Under the pieces are notes generated by a model that was not told the origin of the DNA, made no database searches, and saw only the letters and a list, made by a program, of their open reading frames with translations. Source: Basidiobolus meristosporus CBS 931.73 (Eukaryota > Fungi > Basidiobolomycota). Taken from it: 64,000 bases of DNA. This document shows positions 36,861 to 50,058 of this stretch, piece after piece. The stretch covers positions 124,001 to 188,000 of the forward strand of contig MCFE01000026.1 in the NCBI GenBank assembly GCA_002104905.1. Reading direction: 5' to 3'. The translations under genes and the position numbers were made by a program. Each line of letters begins with the position of its first letter. The first letter of the stretch is position 1.

Positions 36861-38459
36861 TTGGCCTATGCCTATTCAGTCCATGTTGATGAACCCCAGA
36901 CTGCAAAAGAGGCCCTAAATAGCCCTCAGACAAAGTTTTGGAGATCTGCAATGACTGAGGAATATCAAGCCCCAATGGAAAATCAAACTTGGGACTTAGT
37001 CAAATTACCAAGCAACCAAAAATCAATTGGATGCAGATGGGTCTTCAAGACAAAATACAAGGCTGATGGCACAATTGAAAGATACAAAGCAAGACTTGTG
37101 GCCAATGGATACTCTCAAACAGAAGGACTTGACTATACTGAGACCTTTGCACTGGTAGCCAAGTTTAATTCCATCAGATTAATATTGGCTATTGCAGCCA
37201 AATATAAGTTTTTTATTCATCAAACAGATGTAAAAACTGCATTTGTAAATGGAGAACTTGATGAGGATATGTATATGGACCAGTCTGATGGGTTTGTTGA
37301 CCAAGATAACGCCCATTTGGTCTGCAAGCTTAAAAAGTCTCTATATGGTCATAAACAATCACCAACAGCCTGGAATTGCAACATAGATTCTTATTTGGAA
37401 TCTTTGAGTTTCAAAAGGAGTAATGCTGACTATGGTATATGCTATAAGCCAGATAGAGCAAATCCAGTTCTATTAGCTCTATATGTGGATGATCTTATTA
37501 TAGCTGCCAATAACTTAAAAGTATTAGAAGACACTAAAACCAGCCTATCTAAGGAGTTCAAGATATCCAATCCAGAACTCAGTTACTACTTAGGGACTAA
37601 GCTCTCTATAGACAGAAGTACCCAGACCATCACCCTAAGCCAATCCAAGTATATTCAAGATATACTAAAGAAGTACCAAATGGCAGACTGTAAACTAGCA
37701 GCTACCCCAATAGAGACAAACCTTAACTTGGTCAAAACTCAACTAAATCAAGAGAGCCTGGTGCCATCTGAAAGCCCTGACTTTCCTTATCAATCTATGG
37801 TCAGCAGTCTGATGTATATCATGCTTGGAACACGTCCAGATATCTCATATTCAGTAGGAGTTGTCAGCCAACATAATCAGAACTATGGATCTGATCATAT
37901 TGCAGCAGTCAAGTGGATTTTTAGATACCTAAAAGGAACTGCTGATATCTGCTTAAGATGCACTTATAAGAATTCAGAACAGGATCTTGTGAGATACTCT
38001 GATGCTGATTGGGGACAAAATTTAGAAGACAGAAGATCCACCACAGGATATACCTTTCTTTACTGTAAAGGAGCCATTTCATGGAATTCAAGAAAGCAAC
38101 CAACCGTAGCACTTTCTACTACAGAGGCAGAGTATATGGCAGCCTGTGAAGCTACAAAAGAAGCAATGTGGTTAAGAAAGCTCTTTACAGATTTAGGCCT
38201 ATGTCAAAAAACGCCTATTACTTTATTTCAAGATAATCAAGGATGTATACAATTAGGTAGAAATCCAACTTTTCATGCTAGAACCAAGCACATAGATATT
38301 AGACATCATTTCATACGTGAAGCTATAGAGAATAACTTAGTTAGCTTAGTTTACTGTCCTACAGATGAAATGATTGCAGACATATTTACAAAACCATTAG
38401 CTGGAGACAAGTTTGAATATCTTAGGTCAAAATTAGGACTAGTCAGTATGAACATTTAG
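36861..38459 (+). CDS. copia B reverse transcriptase and RNase H (open fragment)
   Basis: 532-aa ORF with WVFKTKYKADG, QTDVKTAFVNG, LYVDDLIIA, YSDADWG and KHIDIRHHFIRE. Confidence 0.92.
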   Translation: MAYAYSVHVDEPQTAKEALNSPQTKFWRSAMTEEYQAPMENQTWDLVKLPSNQKSIGCRWVFKTKYKADGTIERYKARLVANGYSQTEGLDYTETFALVAKFNSIRLILAIAAKYKFFIHQTDVKTAFVNGELDEDMYMDQSDGFVDQDNAHLVCKLKKSLYGHKQSPTAWNCNIDSYLESLSFKRSNADYGICYKPDRANPVLLALYVDDLIIAANNLKVLEDTKTSLSKEFKISNPELSYYLGTKLSIDRSTQTITLSQSKYIQDILKKYQMADCKLAATPIETNLNLVKTQLNQESLVPSESPDFPYQSMVSSLMYIMLGTRPDISYSVGVVSQHNQNYGSDHIAAVKWIFRYLKGTADICLRCTYKNSEQDLVRYSDADWGQNLEDRRSTTGYTFLYCKGAISWNSRKQPTVALSTTEAEYMAACEATKEAMWLRKLFTDLGLCQKTPITLFQDNQGCIQLGRNPTFHARTKHIDIRHHFIREAIENNLVSLVYCPTDEMIADIFTKPLAGDKFEYLRSKLGLVSMNI

Positions 38460-38470
38460 CTGAGTGGGAG

Positions 38471-38820
38471 TGTTGTAAAAATTCGTATTTTCCACCTAAA
38501 TATTCACCTAACTTAGTCACTTAGATCATCACCTTCAAATCCTAGAGAATACTGACCAAATTCCTTGTCGGGATTTACTTAGAATATTTTCACCAAAATA
38601 CCAGGTACCCAGAACATGAAAATTCTCAAAGTTGTCCAAACAGCCCCAAACTTTGCACACATGTTCTTGGGACCTTCCTTAACCTATTCTACGTGTTTGT
38701 AATGCCAAGACCATGTAAAAGTATAAATACTACTTTTACATTCAATAAATCATTAAGTGAAAACCACATAATCTACTTGTTCTCCAAATCACTTCCAATA
38801 TCTCCAAGACTCTTACAACA
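38471..38820 (+). repeat. Family B LTR (inner, retains CpGs)
   Basis: 350 bp, TGTTG..CAACA, preceded by PPT GAGTGGGAG and followed by AGAAG and a second RNase H tail. Confidence 0.95.
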
Positions 38821-39260
38821 AGAAGATCCACCACAGAATACACCTTTCTTTACTGTAAAGGAGTAATATCATGGAATTCAAGAAAGCAACCAACTGTAGC
38901 ACTTTCTATCACAGAGGCAGAGTACATGGCAGCCTGTGAAGCTACAAAAGAAGCAATGTGGTTTAGAAAGCTTTTTGCAGATTTAGGCCTATGTCAAAAA
39001 ACGCCTATTACTTTATTTCAAGATAATCAAGGATGTATACAACTAGGTAGAAATCCAACTTTTCATGCTAGAACCAAGCACATAGATATTAGACATCATT
39101 TCATACGTGAAGCTATAGAGAATAACTTAGTTAGCTTAGTTTACTGTCATTCAGATGAAGTGGTTGCAGACATATTTACCAAACCATTAGCCAGAAACAA
39201 GTTTGAATATCTTAGGTCAAACTTAGGACTAGTCAGTATGAACATTTAGCTGAGTGGGAG

Positions 39261-39610
39261 TGTTGTAAAAATTTGTAATTCCACCTAAATATTCACCTAA
39301 CTTAGTCACTTAGATCATTACCTTCAGATCCTACAGAATACTGACCAAATTCCTTGTTGGGATTTACTTAGAATATTTTCACCAAAATGCCAGGTACCCA
39401 GAACATGTTGATACTCATAGTTGTCCAAACAGTCCCAAACTTTGCACACATGTTCTTAGGACCTTCCTTAACCTATTTTACATGACTGTTATGCCCAGAC
39501 CATGTAAAAGTATAATTACTACTTTTACATTAAAATAAATCATTAAGTGAAAACCACATAATCTACTTGTCCTCCCAATCACTTCCAATATCTCCAAGAC
39601 TCTTACAACA
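39261..39610 (+). repeat. Family B 3' LTR (outer)
   Basis: 350 bp, preceded by the duplicated RNase H tail (38821-39249) and PPT. Shares diagnostic bases with 21226-21573. Confidence 0.95.
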
Positions 39611-40703
39611 ATACTAAGATTCATAGACTTTGATCCAAGTGACTGAGCTAATGGATGATTTGGGTGTAAGTATAAGATTTACCACAATACCAGCCATTAA
39701 TATAGTTCAAATACCTGGCCCATACTTTGATAGAGTTATCACCTTAAACCTCTGAGCCTCAAGTGGTAAACATGTGTGAAGGTCATCTATGAAAATCTCA
39801 TTAGGGTGGGATCTCCACAAGAATCTTTACCTTGCTTTTGGACGCATGTGGGCAGGTATCTAGATTTGTAACTTCCCCCCCCTCCAACCCATTACAGCAT
39901 AGCCATCAAAACCGCCCAAACTCTTTGGTTGGCTCCCGTTACCCAAAGGGATCCAACTATCTCGGTCACCACAATGTCTAATCTTTTTTACTGATTTCCG
40001 GTAGGGTAGCCAACCCCCATGGTGCCACTTGGCTCACTAGATCAGATCCCCGGTGAAGCTGAGAAAAGCCTAGGAACTCGACCCACTAAGGAAATATGCA
40101 ATCACGAAGATGGGGCACTGGGGATAGCATTCAACCTTGGATCTTCTCAGACTTGGAGGCCATGAAGTCAGCATTGGTGTAGCATCCCCAGCGAATTTCA
40201 GCCTCAAAATCTAATACACGGCTGGGCTGTGGACGACGTCCAATACTCTCGCGCAAGATGCGACCTACACTGCGATCACCAAGAACCTGGGTTCCTCGAG
40301 CTGCCCAGGATAAGGGTATCGGCCAAAGCAACCAACCAACACATTACACCACGAAGCAAATTTGGGGAATTTTATTGAGGTTTGCGGGCGCCAGCTGGCG
40401 GGGCAGTCGTAGGTAGAACCATGAGATAATCTAAACGGAAATGCTTCACTTGAGTTGCCGAGAAAATAAAAGGGAACCCTTCCTCCCTCAAAGGTGTGGA
40501 AAGCGGGAATTTCGCTAGGTCGGTGGGGAATTAGGAAACAAGTAAACAAGAGTGGTGAATGAACTGTAAATACAACAAAAGCGTGAGATGGTAGTGGGTG
40601 GTAGTGGTGGTGGGGGGGGGGAGAGGAGGGGGACTTGGATGTAGCCAGATTTTGATTGTCCAGTTGAAGTCTAATGTACACTTGGTTTGATCTTGAGCGT
40701 TTA

Positions 40704-42219
<1,516 letters not shown>

Positions 42220-42994
42220 TAGAAGCAGGAATGTCGGTTAGTTTTGAATGGCGATGAAGGGAGGCAAAATCCACGTGCGAGTACACACGTATGGTTAAAA
42301 CTGGGGGGAGTGGTGTTTTTGTGTAGAGCACGGGGTGTTGCAGGTTATCACGGATATGCAACAGAAAAGTAAATAGTGGTTTCTCAAAAATAAATACGCC
42401 CAGGCACGATCAATCAGCAGAGCAAAATATTTTCTGGGTGTGTGATGGACCAAAACTATCGGATCCAAAGGCTCGAGTGAGTGTGCGGTTTCAAACGTGT
42501 AGTTTGTAAACAAGCGCAACGAGGGGTGGTATAAAGAGTTACACTTAAGGAGGATGATAAACCAAAACAAAAACGCACCTTTCCTGAAAGAAAAACACAG
42601 TTCCCGAGTCAGAGAAAGCAAAATTTCCAGCGGTCAACGAGCGATTGTTTACATATCAAATACTCTGCGCTCCTGTATAAAAAAGCATTCAGGAATTGAA
42701 GGATAACGGCCATCTCATTGGGTGGATTCGCTGGTTAGGGTAAATGTAACTTAGGGTTAAGATTACACACTTAGGATTACAATAAACGACATACGAATCG
42801 TGCTTAACCTTCACACCGTTGCTCCTGAGAACCTTAATTCGAAAAGTTTGCCCAATGATGATTGGGCCCTGCCAAGAAGAGGGACCCTCAAGAGGGCCAC
42901 AAAATATCGGAAGGATGCATGCGATGAGCAATAAAAATTCTGGATATCCATAAGGGGATCCATCTTTTTCCTTAATTCAGGACTTTGTGCAATC
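42220..42994. promoter_or_regulatory. Bidirectional promoter of the forkhead TF and RPS26
   Basis: Contains CACGTG (42272), GTAAACAA (42506) and TTAGGG/TTAGGG/TTAGGA (42735, 42751, 42771). Confidence 0.5.
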
Positions 42995-43465
42995 ATGGTA
43001 AGTGACTATGAGGTTTCTAAGCGATGGATGGATTGGTCAACATTCGAAGATTCCGCTCATGTCGCTCATGTCCCCGCTGTTGTAGAAGCACCTACTGATT
43101 GCCCATCTTTCTTATAGACCACAAAGAGAAGAAATCACGGACGTAACAAGAGTGGACGCGGTCACGTTAAGCCTGTCCGTTGTGTCAACTGCGCTCGCTG
43201 CGTCCCCAAGGACAAGGCCATCAAGCGTTTCACCATCCGTAACATGGTTGAATCTGCTGCCGTCCGTGATCTCAAGGAGGCTTCTGTCTACGCTGAATAT
43301 GCTCTCCCCAAGCTCTATGTCAAATTGCACTACTGCATTTCTTGCGCTATCCATCAGCACATTGTCCGTGTTCGTTCCAGCGTAGGTCGTAGAGTCAGAA
43401 CCCCCCCTCCTAGATTCAGATTTGACCGTGATGGCAAGAAGGCCACTGCCACCAAGTCTGCTTAA
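42995..43465 (+). CDS. RPS26: 40S ribosomal protein S26 (eS26)
   Basis: ATG-only first exon, intron 42998-43117, then [38 protein letters not shown]...[10 protein letters not shown]. Confidence 0.97.
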
Positions 43466-43645
43466 ACCAGGATAATTAGTCCACTACGTCAATAAAGGCT
43501 ATTTGTTTCCTTCGATGTTGGTGCATGTTGTCAGGACATACAACTAGAATGGGTTTATTATTCAGATTCATATTAGATTCAGCAATTACATTTTACGGCG
43601 GTGTATAGCAGTGAGGGGTTGCAGTCAATATACATGGTGCAGGAA

Positions 43646-46600
43646 TCATCTCCTGTCGGGGAGACCGGACAAGAAAGAAAGCACAGCATTGATACTGCTG
43701 GCGAAATAGCTGGCTTGAGTAGCTTTGGACCCAACCGTACATGTGAAGATGCTTTTGTCAGGCTGGGCCAATTGTAAGTGTTCTAGGACCTCAAACATAT
43801 CCTCATCAGTCCGATCATCCCCGATAGCTACGATGAAATCTGCGTCTGGATTGGCTTCCAGTACGCGGTGAACCGCGTTACTCTTGGACACCGAGCGTGG
43901 GAGCACCTAAAAGAGGCCAGATCAATGCCATGCTTCAGGGACAATTAGACGTTAAACTACCTCAAGGTTCTTGCTAACCGCAACAACATGAATAGGATAC
44001 ACGGTTCCAAGTGAGTCTTGGATGTGGTTCTGACATTCTGCTGCTTGCCAAGCACTGGAAAACGGGTTGGTAAACAGAGTGATACACGTGTGCTTGTTGA
44101 CAACAAAACGACATACCCATAAGAAGTATTATCTGCCAGGCGGTAATCCCATACAAGCGCCACTTCCTTGGATTCGATGAACGATCCTAAACCCAAGAGG
44201 TTAGATATCGGTGAGTGCAGCAGGGGAGAATGGGATGCACACAAACCTGGAGTACGTTCAGTGTAGTATTCAAATATCTAATCAGAGTGTGTTAACAATG
44301 AGCACTTCCACATTGCTCTCACACGTACGGCCTTACCTCCTTGACCTTCCCTTGCCAGCTGAAGTCGTTGTCAGACAGTAGACGCTCCCATTTCGAATTC
44401 TGGTGCTTGATAAAACAGCCATTCTCGGCACTAAGAAACAGAACGCTCAGTCAGCACAAATCCATGAGAGATCGAAGCAGTCCGGATCGGTTACCTGAAG
44501 CCCAAGTTCGGGATATTTTTGAATACTTCGTCGAGCGATGCTGTGGTTCTACCGCTCATAATATAAACTATGTTCTTCGGATCGCTAGTCAAGCTCTCAA
44601 GAAGCGTTTTAACTCTGTCAAATGATGCAGGGTTGGAGTGAGCCCGGATGTATGGGGCCAGGGTGCCATCATAATCAAGGAAGAAAAGCCTCTTCTGGCT
44701 GCCTTGATACGCTGCCTTCGCAACAAACGGTGTTATGTGTGGGATCTGGACCGAGCTACGACGTTCCCCGTGAGCTTTATCGAGCTCATCCAAGAAGCTC
44801 TCCGCCCAAAACTGTGCCGAGTTGGTAACCACATTGTCATATAGCTCCTTCCACCGGTAGGCTCTCTCGTCATCCGGCATCGACAGTGATTCATTGATGG
44901 CTTCTGCCAGTTGGCGAGTATCCCATGGGTTCACACGAATCGCTGCAGCCCCAAAACTACCATAGGTGCCGGCGAACTCACTAATGATCAGCGGACTACA
45001 TTTCTTCTCCTGGCACATCACGTACTCATGAGAAGTCAGGTTCATTCCATCTCTTAGAGAGGTGATCATAAAGGAGTCCGCGACCGTGAGAAGGGCCAGG
45101 TATTGGTAATAGTCGATGTCTTGATGCAAGTATATCACCGGTTGGTAGGACAGGCTTCCATATTTGGAGTTGATCCGCGAAGCAATATCAGACACTTGTC
45201 CCTGGAGTTCGTTGTGTTCGGTGGTGGGGAGTGAGACCTGTAGGAGACTGACCTATAGTGCACATCGATGGTTAATCCGTATGCTGACGACTCGCCACAA
45301 GACCAGTCAATTACCTTTCCCAGCCAGTCTGGATACATGCTCAAGAATTTCTCAAATGCCAGCATCTTTTGCCTCACACCTTTGACATAATCAAGCTTAT
45401 CGCGACCGATCACCAGCTTCTTGTCACCATATTTCTCTCTCAACGAAGTGGCGATGTCAGTGACATCGGGACTATTTCTAGAGGGACAATCGATTACTTT
45501 AGCCGACAATCATAGGGCCGCTGTTAACCAGATAACACGTACCTTTTCTCGATGAGCGCCTTCGCATCGATGCCTGTAGGTTGGTAGAAATGGCATGTTT
45601 AGTGGCTGTGAACGACAGGTGCATAATCGTCAACCATACCGATAGGGAAGATTCCGACCGAAATGAATCTATCATCGACTTGAATTCCTTTGGGCGAGGA
45701 TTCGTATGACAGAATTCGACTGCAGTTCTCAAGGAAATGCCGGGCAAATGAATAAGTCTGCATGGCGACCCTGTGAGTTGATGGGCTTGATCAGACACTA
45801 CAGTCAGATGAGAGGCTTACCTGAAATCCAACCAAATCAGCGCCCAAAACCCCCTCCAGGATCTGACGACGCACTGTTCACCGCGTGTTAACTACGTACA
45901 CACTCAAGTCAACGTGATGAAATACTAACCATGAAGACATCTGAAGATTTCCGAACTAGGGAATGGGATATGGAGGAAGAAACCAATCTTAGCCTCGGGG
46001 ATTTTCTCGCGAATCATTGCTGGCAGAAGCATAAGGTGATAATCGTTGACCCAAACTGGTATCGAGGCGGTTAGTAACTGGAGAAACCGCCAGGGGATCC
46101 ATGAATGGCTTACTTATATCCCCAGGCTGATACACCTCAACAACAGCGTCGGCAAACTTTCTGGTCACCGACAGACAGTGTTGCCACGCCTCATCCTCAT
46201 ACCCAAGAGACTGTGGGTACTCCGGAAGAATATAATGGAACATTGGCCACAGTACCTAAATCTAGCATTAGCTTTGATCAATCTTGTGTAATCGTACTGT
46301 AGGTCACCTGTTTGCAAAACTTGTTATAATGACCGTCCATCTCATCATCGGAGAGGAAGACCGGATGGCAATCATATTTGCTTTTCAACTCCTCCTTGAT
46401 CGCGTGGCGATTCCGCTCACTAAGCTCTTCAGTAGATATGGACAAGGTGCCAATCCATGTCCTGGATCCCAGTTTATCCGCGATGGAGTTCACTGCGTTG
46501 TGTAAGCCAATATTTCCCACTGAGCATGGGGTCACTCTCCACGGGGAATCCGGCGAGGTAGCTGAGACGGACTTTCTTCTTTGATGCTTTTTCGGAGAGG

Positions 46601-46916
46601 TTTTGTTTTCTTTTGCGGAGACAGGAGGGGTGACTGCCGGCGAGCGTGTTGGAGAAGCATTCCTGCTACGAGGGATGCTGAAATCTCTCTCGGGTCTAGG
46701 ATCCGTTAGTTCCTTTTTCTTCTGCATCATACGTTCGATTAAACTTCCTTGCGGCTCATTTCGTACGTTATCTATGGATATTTTGGGAGGTCCAGGCTGG
46801 GATTTAACTGTGCTTTCAGAGGTGGCGATCACCTTATCCTCCCAATCGAAGGAAACGGTCTGTGGAAGAAAGAGGGAGGCCACAATCACATTCTTTCCAA
46901 CTTGATCAAAGGACAT
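43646..46916 (-). CDS. TPS2: Trehalose-6-phosphate synthase/phosphatase complex subunit (Tps2-like, GT20 + HAD phosphatase), multi-exon
   Basis: [10 protein letters not shown]-terminus; [10 protein letters not shown]; [13 protein letters not shown]; intact HAD motifs FLDYDGTL and [10 protein letters not shown]. Subunit assignment is inference. Confidence 0.88.
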
Positions 46917-47887
46917 GGCTTTACTGGGCTTCGGAGGTTCTTAGAAAGGGGAGGGAAGTTTATTGCGCTCAGTGACGTTTTACCTTTAACACTAGAACAA
47001 GTTGATTACGAGGAACTCTACAAATAGGGGCTTTGAAATAAACTTTAAGGTGAGGAATGGGAAGTAGACTTGGTTCTGGTAGATATATATATATATCCTG
47101 GGCTTTTAAGCTGATTTGAATAGATAGGAAAGCTATTAGGGCGATCATTTCTACAATATCGATTAGACCAAATAGCAGCATTAAATTTTACACATGACGT
47201 AGCCAGCGACGTCACAAATCAACCCAAATTGAAGAAATCCAGTCAACCATCATGTAAGATATGCCACCAAATCAACAACCACTGTATAGTGGTCAAGTCA
47301 TGGTTATTCCAGGATGCTTTTCATAATTGGCAGGCGGTGGAGAGATTGCTGAAGCTCTTCATTTACTGCCGCCCAGCGAACTAAGCCACATTTGATCTGC
47401 GATTCCGCCTGGCAGATTTGATCAGAATACTGAGTACTAGTACACGTGGAGTGACCGAGAGCGGCGGCCATAAACCCAATATAGCTGCATGCTACGTACT
47501 TTCCGATTAAATTAATTAAGCCATTCTTCCCATCAGCGAGTACAATGATTGGTGACTGCCGTATATAGGGAAAGCCCCACATCCACAAGTACCTAATCCT
47601 AGGTGGCACATTCTAGAAAGGCCAGCATTCTTCACGTTCCGATCACCAAGAACATTAACCAACATGATTAAATCAGCGCCGAATATGTAAACCAGGAATC
47701 AGGATGATGATTAAGCAAACCACGCCGCACGTCGCACACCAGCAAGCAAACCTGGAGTGTTCCTCAATCTGAAATTTTCCAAACTGCCCAATCAACTTTC
47801 GGCCAGGTGAAGTTGGGTGATTGGGAATTAAAAGAAATTGAACGGCTTATTTGTAGGTTCTCTCTTTTGCGTGTGAGGATCACTTCA

Positions 47888-48600
47888 ATGGGTAGAGTAA
47901 GTGTTGTTTACCAGTAGCTGTATTCTCTGTTGCTGATGTGAAAGAGTACAATGGAACCTACGTTATCATCCATCATTAAGCGATAGCCATCCATCTATGG
48001 GGCAGGCGCGATGTGTACCCCATCACCAAAGAGAACCTTGTGTGTGAACAAGTACTGACATTTTGACTATTACTAAAGTTGCACGAATATCAAATTATCG
48101 GCCGTAAGCTTCCTTCGGAGAAGGAGCCAGTCCCAAGACTCTTCCGTATGCGCATCTTCGCTCCCAACGAAGTCGTCGCCAAGAGCCGCTTCTGGTACTT
48201 CTTGACCAAGCTCAAGAAGGTCAAGAAGGCCGCCGGTGAGATCGTCTCCCTTAACGAGATCTTCGAGAAGAACCCCTTGAAGATCAAGACTTTCGGAATC
48301 TGGCTTCGTTACGATTCCCGCTCCGGTACCCACAACATGTACAAGGAATACCGTGAATTGACCCGCAACGACGCTGTTGAGGCTTGTTACCAAGATATGG
48401 CTGCCCGCCACCGTGCTCGTTTCAGATCCATTCAAATCATTCGTGTTGCTGAGGTTGCCAACGCCGATGTTCGTCGTCCCTACATTAAGCAACTTATGGT
48501 TCCCAAGCTTCGCTTCCCTCTTCCTCACCGCGTTGCTCGCCCCGCTAACAAGGCCAACCGCAGTCTTTTCATTGCTAAGCGCCCTTCTACTTTCTATTAA
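47888..48600 (+). CDS. RPL20: 60S ribosomal protein L20 (eL20/L18a)
   Basis: Exon 1 ATGGGTAGA (47888-47896), intron 47897-48078, then [12 protein letters not shown]...[19 protein letters not shown]...[15 protein letters not shown]. Confidence 0.97.
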
Positions 48601-48746
48601 GCTAAACATCATTTCCAATTTCCTTTCTGTTCGTTGAATAAACAAGCAACAGACTCGATCTATCATTTATTTCATTGCATTTATATATATCATCTGTTTT
48701 AGAACTATGCAATGGGAAACTCATGGAAGCTGGATTCCTCGAGATT

Positions 48747-50058
48747 CTAAAAGGTTGGTGAACTTGATGAACTGCTCAGCCGTAACATCTTCGGGCCTCT
48801 GGCTGTCTTCCATTCCGGCCAGGGGGAGCAACTCCAAAAGCTCTTTGTCGAAGTCCCTAAGAAGAAGATGTTAGCAGGGGCGTTGGCGAGCCCAGGGGGA
48901 AAGAAATAGGCAAACTTGATGATGCGGGCGACGGTTTTTCTTCTTTTTGCAAAGAAAAATCGGGCCACCACTTCCAGCGTGCTATAGGAGAAGTCGACAT
49001 GATCATATTTGGGTAGCAACTGAACAACGCATGCGTCGACCTAGGGAGGTGGTCAGTACCTGTAGGTGCAGATAACTCATGTGGACCCACCTTGGGTTTG
49101 GGAACGAAGACCGATGCTGGCACGTTGTATGTTTTCTTGACATTACATATTGATTGAGCCATGATCGAAATTCTACCGCGGTCTCTGGTGGATGTGGGCG
49201 CAGCGATTCTCTGAATTAGATCCAAGTCAACCAACTATGCTACACATACATACGGCTATCTGTTGAACAGCATACCTCGCCCACTTCTTTCTGAAACATG
49301 AGGGTCATACTGATATTCCTGAACTCGAAAATCCCCTCTCTTTTAGAAACCATCTTGAGCCATTGGATCAGGAGAGGTGAAGCGATATTGAAGGGAAGAT
49401 TGCCCACTAAATGGACGCTGTTGATTTCCTTGGCATCTGCTTGGCTTGAGTATGCACCCACATTACGAAAGAATGCACATGAAAGGCGTACCTTTGATCG
49501 ACGAAATTCCAACCCTTTTCAATATATCCTTGTGGTCAAGGGTCAACATATCCCCTTGGATTACTTTCAACCGATTCCCCGTAGCATCGGATAATTGCTA
49601 TTGTTAACAGTGCAAGGTTATATTCATGCTGCGCACAAGGGTGAGATTTTGCGAGGTTACATTTAGTGTTGGTAAAAACCGGTCATCCTTCTCAACAACG
49701 ACTACATTCCTTGCGCCGGCCCCAAGAATTGATCTGGTTAGAAGCCCCGGTCCTAACAACGTTTGATTCAATAAGCATTCGGTGACCATAGGGTTTTGAA
49801 AATATTTACCTGGGCCAACCTCTACCACCAAACTTTGGTTCAGATCGAGATTGGCGGTTTTTATGATCTTGTCTGTTGATTTCCGAATGCAGCATATGGT
49901 TAGTACTGAATAGTCGAGAGTTCTTCCATTCCGACCGTACCAGTGACATTGCGGTCGAGAATAAAGTTTTGACTAAGCTGTTGTCTTGCCGTCAAGCCGT
50001 ATATTTTAATCAAATCTCTTACAGCCGGAAGCGGCGGGAGCTGTACTGGTGGTCTCAT
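48747..50058 (-). CDS. TFB1M: Mitochondrial rRNA adenine dimethyltransferase / transcription factor B1-like (KsgA/Dim1 family), multi-exon
   Basis: MRPPVQLPPLPAVRDLIKIYGLTARQQLSQNFILD, VVEVGPGPGLLTRSIL, VVVEKDDRF, VGNLPFNIAS, MTLMFQKEV and FVPKPKV. Confidence 0.88.

Larger units (their letters stand above)
21226..39610 (+). mobile_element. Ty1/copia family B composite element with multiple nested insertions
   Basis: 5' LTR 21226-21573 and PBS GATTATGAGCCCC at 21574-21586. Gag starts at 21605 and is interrupted at 22187-29338. Zinc knuckle, protease and integrase at 29339-30699. RT-RNase H at ~36790-38459. 3' LTR 39261-39610. Flanks ATTCT/ATACT form a 5-bp TSD with one mismatch. Confidence 0.85.

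Noticed and set aside
1-39610. Neurospora-type RIP (CpA to TpA) as the cause of TE decay
   Set aside because: The diagnostic paired differences are TG versus CA at ancestral CpG, and long ORFs remain open, unlike heavily RIPed DNA. This needs a computed mutation spectrum to be final.
39700-39722. GTTCAAATACC as a tRNA T-loop or SINE B box
   Set aside because: No cloverleaf or A box is present around it.
47897-48078. Possible snoRNA in the long RPL20 intron
   Set aside because: There is no canonical C box, and the only well-placed CTGA is the branch-point motif ACTGAC.
48073-48666. 197-aa minus-strand ORF, and similarly 51097-51555 and 41854-42222
   Set aside because: These are antisense shadows of codon-biased genes (RPL20, RPL28, forkhead) with no independent motif.
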